A DNA stretch of 64,000 bases, taken from assembly GCA_016906335.1 (NCBI GenBank), contig JADEYG010000012.1, positions 682,001 through 746,000 on the forward strand. Direction: 5' to 3'. Source of the stretch: Novakomyces olei. Its lineage: Eukaryota. Under the pieces are notes generated by a model. It was not told the DNA's origin, did not search any database, and saw only the letters and a program-made list of their open reading frames with translations. Positions 61,649 through 64,000 of the stretch are shown here, in pieces. The position numbers and the translations under genes were made by a program. Position 1 is the first letter of the stretch, and the number at the start of each line of letters is the position of its first letter.

Positions 61649-63163
61649 ATGGATCAGGCGGCCGCAGCGTCCGCAACGGCGCCAACTAAATTGGCTCTGC
61701 CGGCGGACGGCGCCGAGGGCTTTAGTGCAAAAAAGGCCGTCGAGCCAGTCGATCTTGATGAGGATGAACAAATGACCAGCGCTAGTCCTTCTCACGGTCA
61801 TGGCACTGCATATGGCTCACGGAAAAGGTCACGCTCCTCCTCACTAAGCAATTTTTCTGCAAACGCGGCAAATAATGGCGCGATTAATGTAAACTCTGTA
61901 GCGGAGGACGACAGGGAGCCTTCAGCAAAATTAGACAACTTAAGCAATGGCCATACTGCCGCGGGAGCAACTGCAACTGCAAATCGTGGAGTACCGCCTA
62001 CTGTGCACGAGGAACAGACGGTGACGAATGGGATTGAGCCTTTAGCAGACTCGTCTGTTGCCAGTACTCTTGCTCAAAACACGGGTCAATCGCCGACTCA
62101 GAATGCCACCAGTTCTAATACTGCAGCTGGAAATACTGCAGCTGGCAATACTGCAGCTGGAAATACGGCTTCTGCCTCTGCAGCGGCAATAGCAATGCAA
62201 CGGCAATCGAGTTCGCCCTCTGTAACTAGTGCACGATCCAACACGCAAGGCAATAATATGATGTCCATACTCAAACGAACCTCAACGTCACAATCACGAG
62301 ACCCTGCACTGGATCCTTTGGCAGCACGTCACGCAGAGGCAATTCATCAAAAACGTTTGGCCCGGAAAAAACGGCAAGAGGAGTCTGCGGACGATGAAAA
62401 CGTTGTTATGGGAACCCGTGTCGCGGAAGGCCATGAGAACTGGGTTATGGCTTATAATATGTTGACCGGTATTCGTGTAGCCGTTTCCCGGACAACAGCA
62501 AAATTGAGTCGGAAGCTGACTGATGCTGATTTTGAGGCAAGGCACAAGTTCTCGTTTGACGTTACGGGGAACGAGCTGACGCCCTCTGCAAAGTATGATT
62601 TCAAATTCAAGGATTACGCTCCCTGGGTTTTTCGCCGTATTCGAGAAGTCTTTCATGTGGACGCGGCCGACTACCTCATATCGCTGACGGGCAAATATGT
62701 GCTGAGCGAGATGGGGACGCCTGGAAAGAGTGGAAGTTTTTTCTATTTTTCCCGAGACTACCGGTTCATCATCAAGACGATACACCATGCTGAGCATAAA
62801 TTTCTACGGAAAATTTTAAAGAGCTACTACAATCATGTTACCGAGAATCCAGATACCCTGATCTCCCAGTTCTATGGCCTGCATCGGGTGAAGCAGCCAT
62901 TCGGTCGCAAAATTCATTTTGTCGTTATGAATAATTTATTTCCCGCCCATCGCGATGTGCATAGGACGTTCGACCTTAAAGGTTCTTCCGTCGGACGGGA
63001 CTATGATGAGAGCAATTTGGAAAAGAATCCGCGCGCTACATTGAAAGATCTCAATTGGCTGCGTAGGGATATGCATCTTTCACTTGGGCCGAAAAAGAAG
63101 GATCTCTTCTTACATATTTTGCACAAAGATGCCGAGGTAGTATTATTATTTATTTATTTATAT

Positions 63164-63230
<67 letters not shown>

Positions 63231-63263
63231 TCTATCTATTTATTTATTTATCTATCTATCTAT

Positions 63264-63334
<71 letters not shown>

Positions 63335-63359
63335 TCTATTTATTTATTTATCTATCTAT

Positions 63360-63402
<43 letters not shown>

Positions 63403-64000
63403 TTTGATACTAACAGCCCTAGTTTATGGCAAAGGAAGGCATAATGGACTATAGTTTGTTGGTAGGTATCCACGATTTACGGCGTGGAAACAAGGACAGA
63501 GTGCGAGATGCCACGTTATCCGTATTCAACCCGAACAAGACTCGGCAACAGCCAACGGCTTCTCAGGCTCAGAATGCGAATGACAACAATTCGGCGTCCG
63601 ATAAAGGTAAGGCACATCCAACTTCTATGACAGCTGGAAACCTCAAACGCATGATCAGTCACACGTCACCAATGCCGTTTGAAACTGACAGCGATGATGA
63701 ATCGGATACGGACAATCGAGATCACATGTTTTACCATGAACACGGTGGTATTCAGGCCACAGACATCCACAATCATCCCGTCGATGAAATTTATTACATT
63801 GGTATCATCGACCTTTTGACCTGTTACTCTTGGAGAAAGAAAGTGGAAAACTTTTGGAAAGGGCTTCACAGTCCGAGGTCCCAAATCTCGGCAGTCCCTC
63901 CTGCGGATTATGCAAGGAGGTTTTTAACATTTATTGAAAAGAGTGTTCGCGCTGCTGGTGGGTCTATAAAATCGAGCAGGCAGCCCGACCAAGACCAGCA
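61649..64000 (+). CDS. MSS4: Phosphatidylinositol-4-phosphate 5-kinase; runs off the window end
   Basis: Motifs FKFKDYAPWVF, GKSGSFFYFS, FDLKGS, TLKDLNW, IMDYSLLVGIH and YYIGIIDLL. Intron at 63137-63422. Confidence 0.95.
63142..63403 (+). repeat. (TTTA)n with TCTA interruptions, filling the MSS4 intron
   Basis: Read directly from the sequence. Confidence 0.96.

Noticed and set aside
62117..62166. NTAAG x3 coding repeat in MSS4
   Set aside because: An ordinary slippage repeat in a disordered N-terminus.

Overview
This window is gene-dense, intron-rich ascomycete fungal DNA in the standard genetic code (CTG sits at conserved Leu positions in DPH1 and TRM7). Short introns, many AAG acceptors and S. 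pombe-like gene structures suggest a Taphrinomycotina-like or other early-diverging ascomycete. It keeps complex I (NDUFS6) and LYS2; the lineage call is inference. I can support about 25 protein genes: PTPA/RRD1, TRM7, a MATE transporter, CMC1, a Rad5/16-like SNF2 helicase, PEX11, a mitochondrial carrier, an ACS-type MFS permease, dynactin p150, DPH1, OXR1, alpha-COP, NDUFS6, TPS2, a Usv1/Rsv1-like C2H2 factor, RPA12, CUE3, LYS2, ATM1, ZUP1/Mug105, Elongin A, CENP-K, ARP4, RAM1, TYS1 and MSS4 (partial). There are also three orphan genes and two tRNAs: Glu-TTC with an intron, and Gln-CTG. I saw no transposon, CRISPR array or biosynthetic cluster. The most unusual signals are (1) a different AT-rich tandem repeat in most promoters and several long introns, (2) an 11-copy CCAAT minisatellite ahead of a complex I gene, (3) a cluster of GTCACGTGAC boxes and (4) a spliced orphan gene with a candidate Myb/SANT-like domain. 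Exon boundaries were read by eye and no searches were run.
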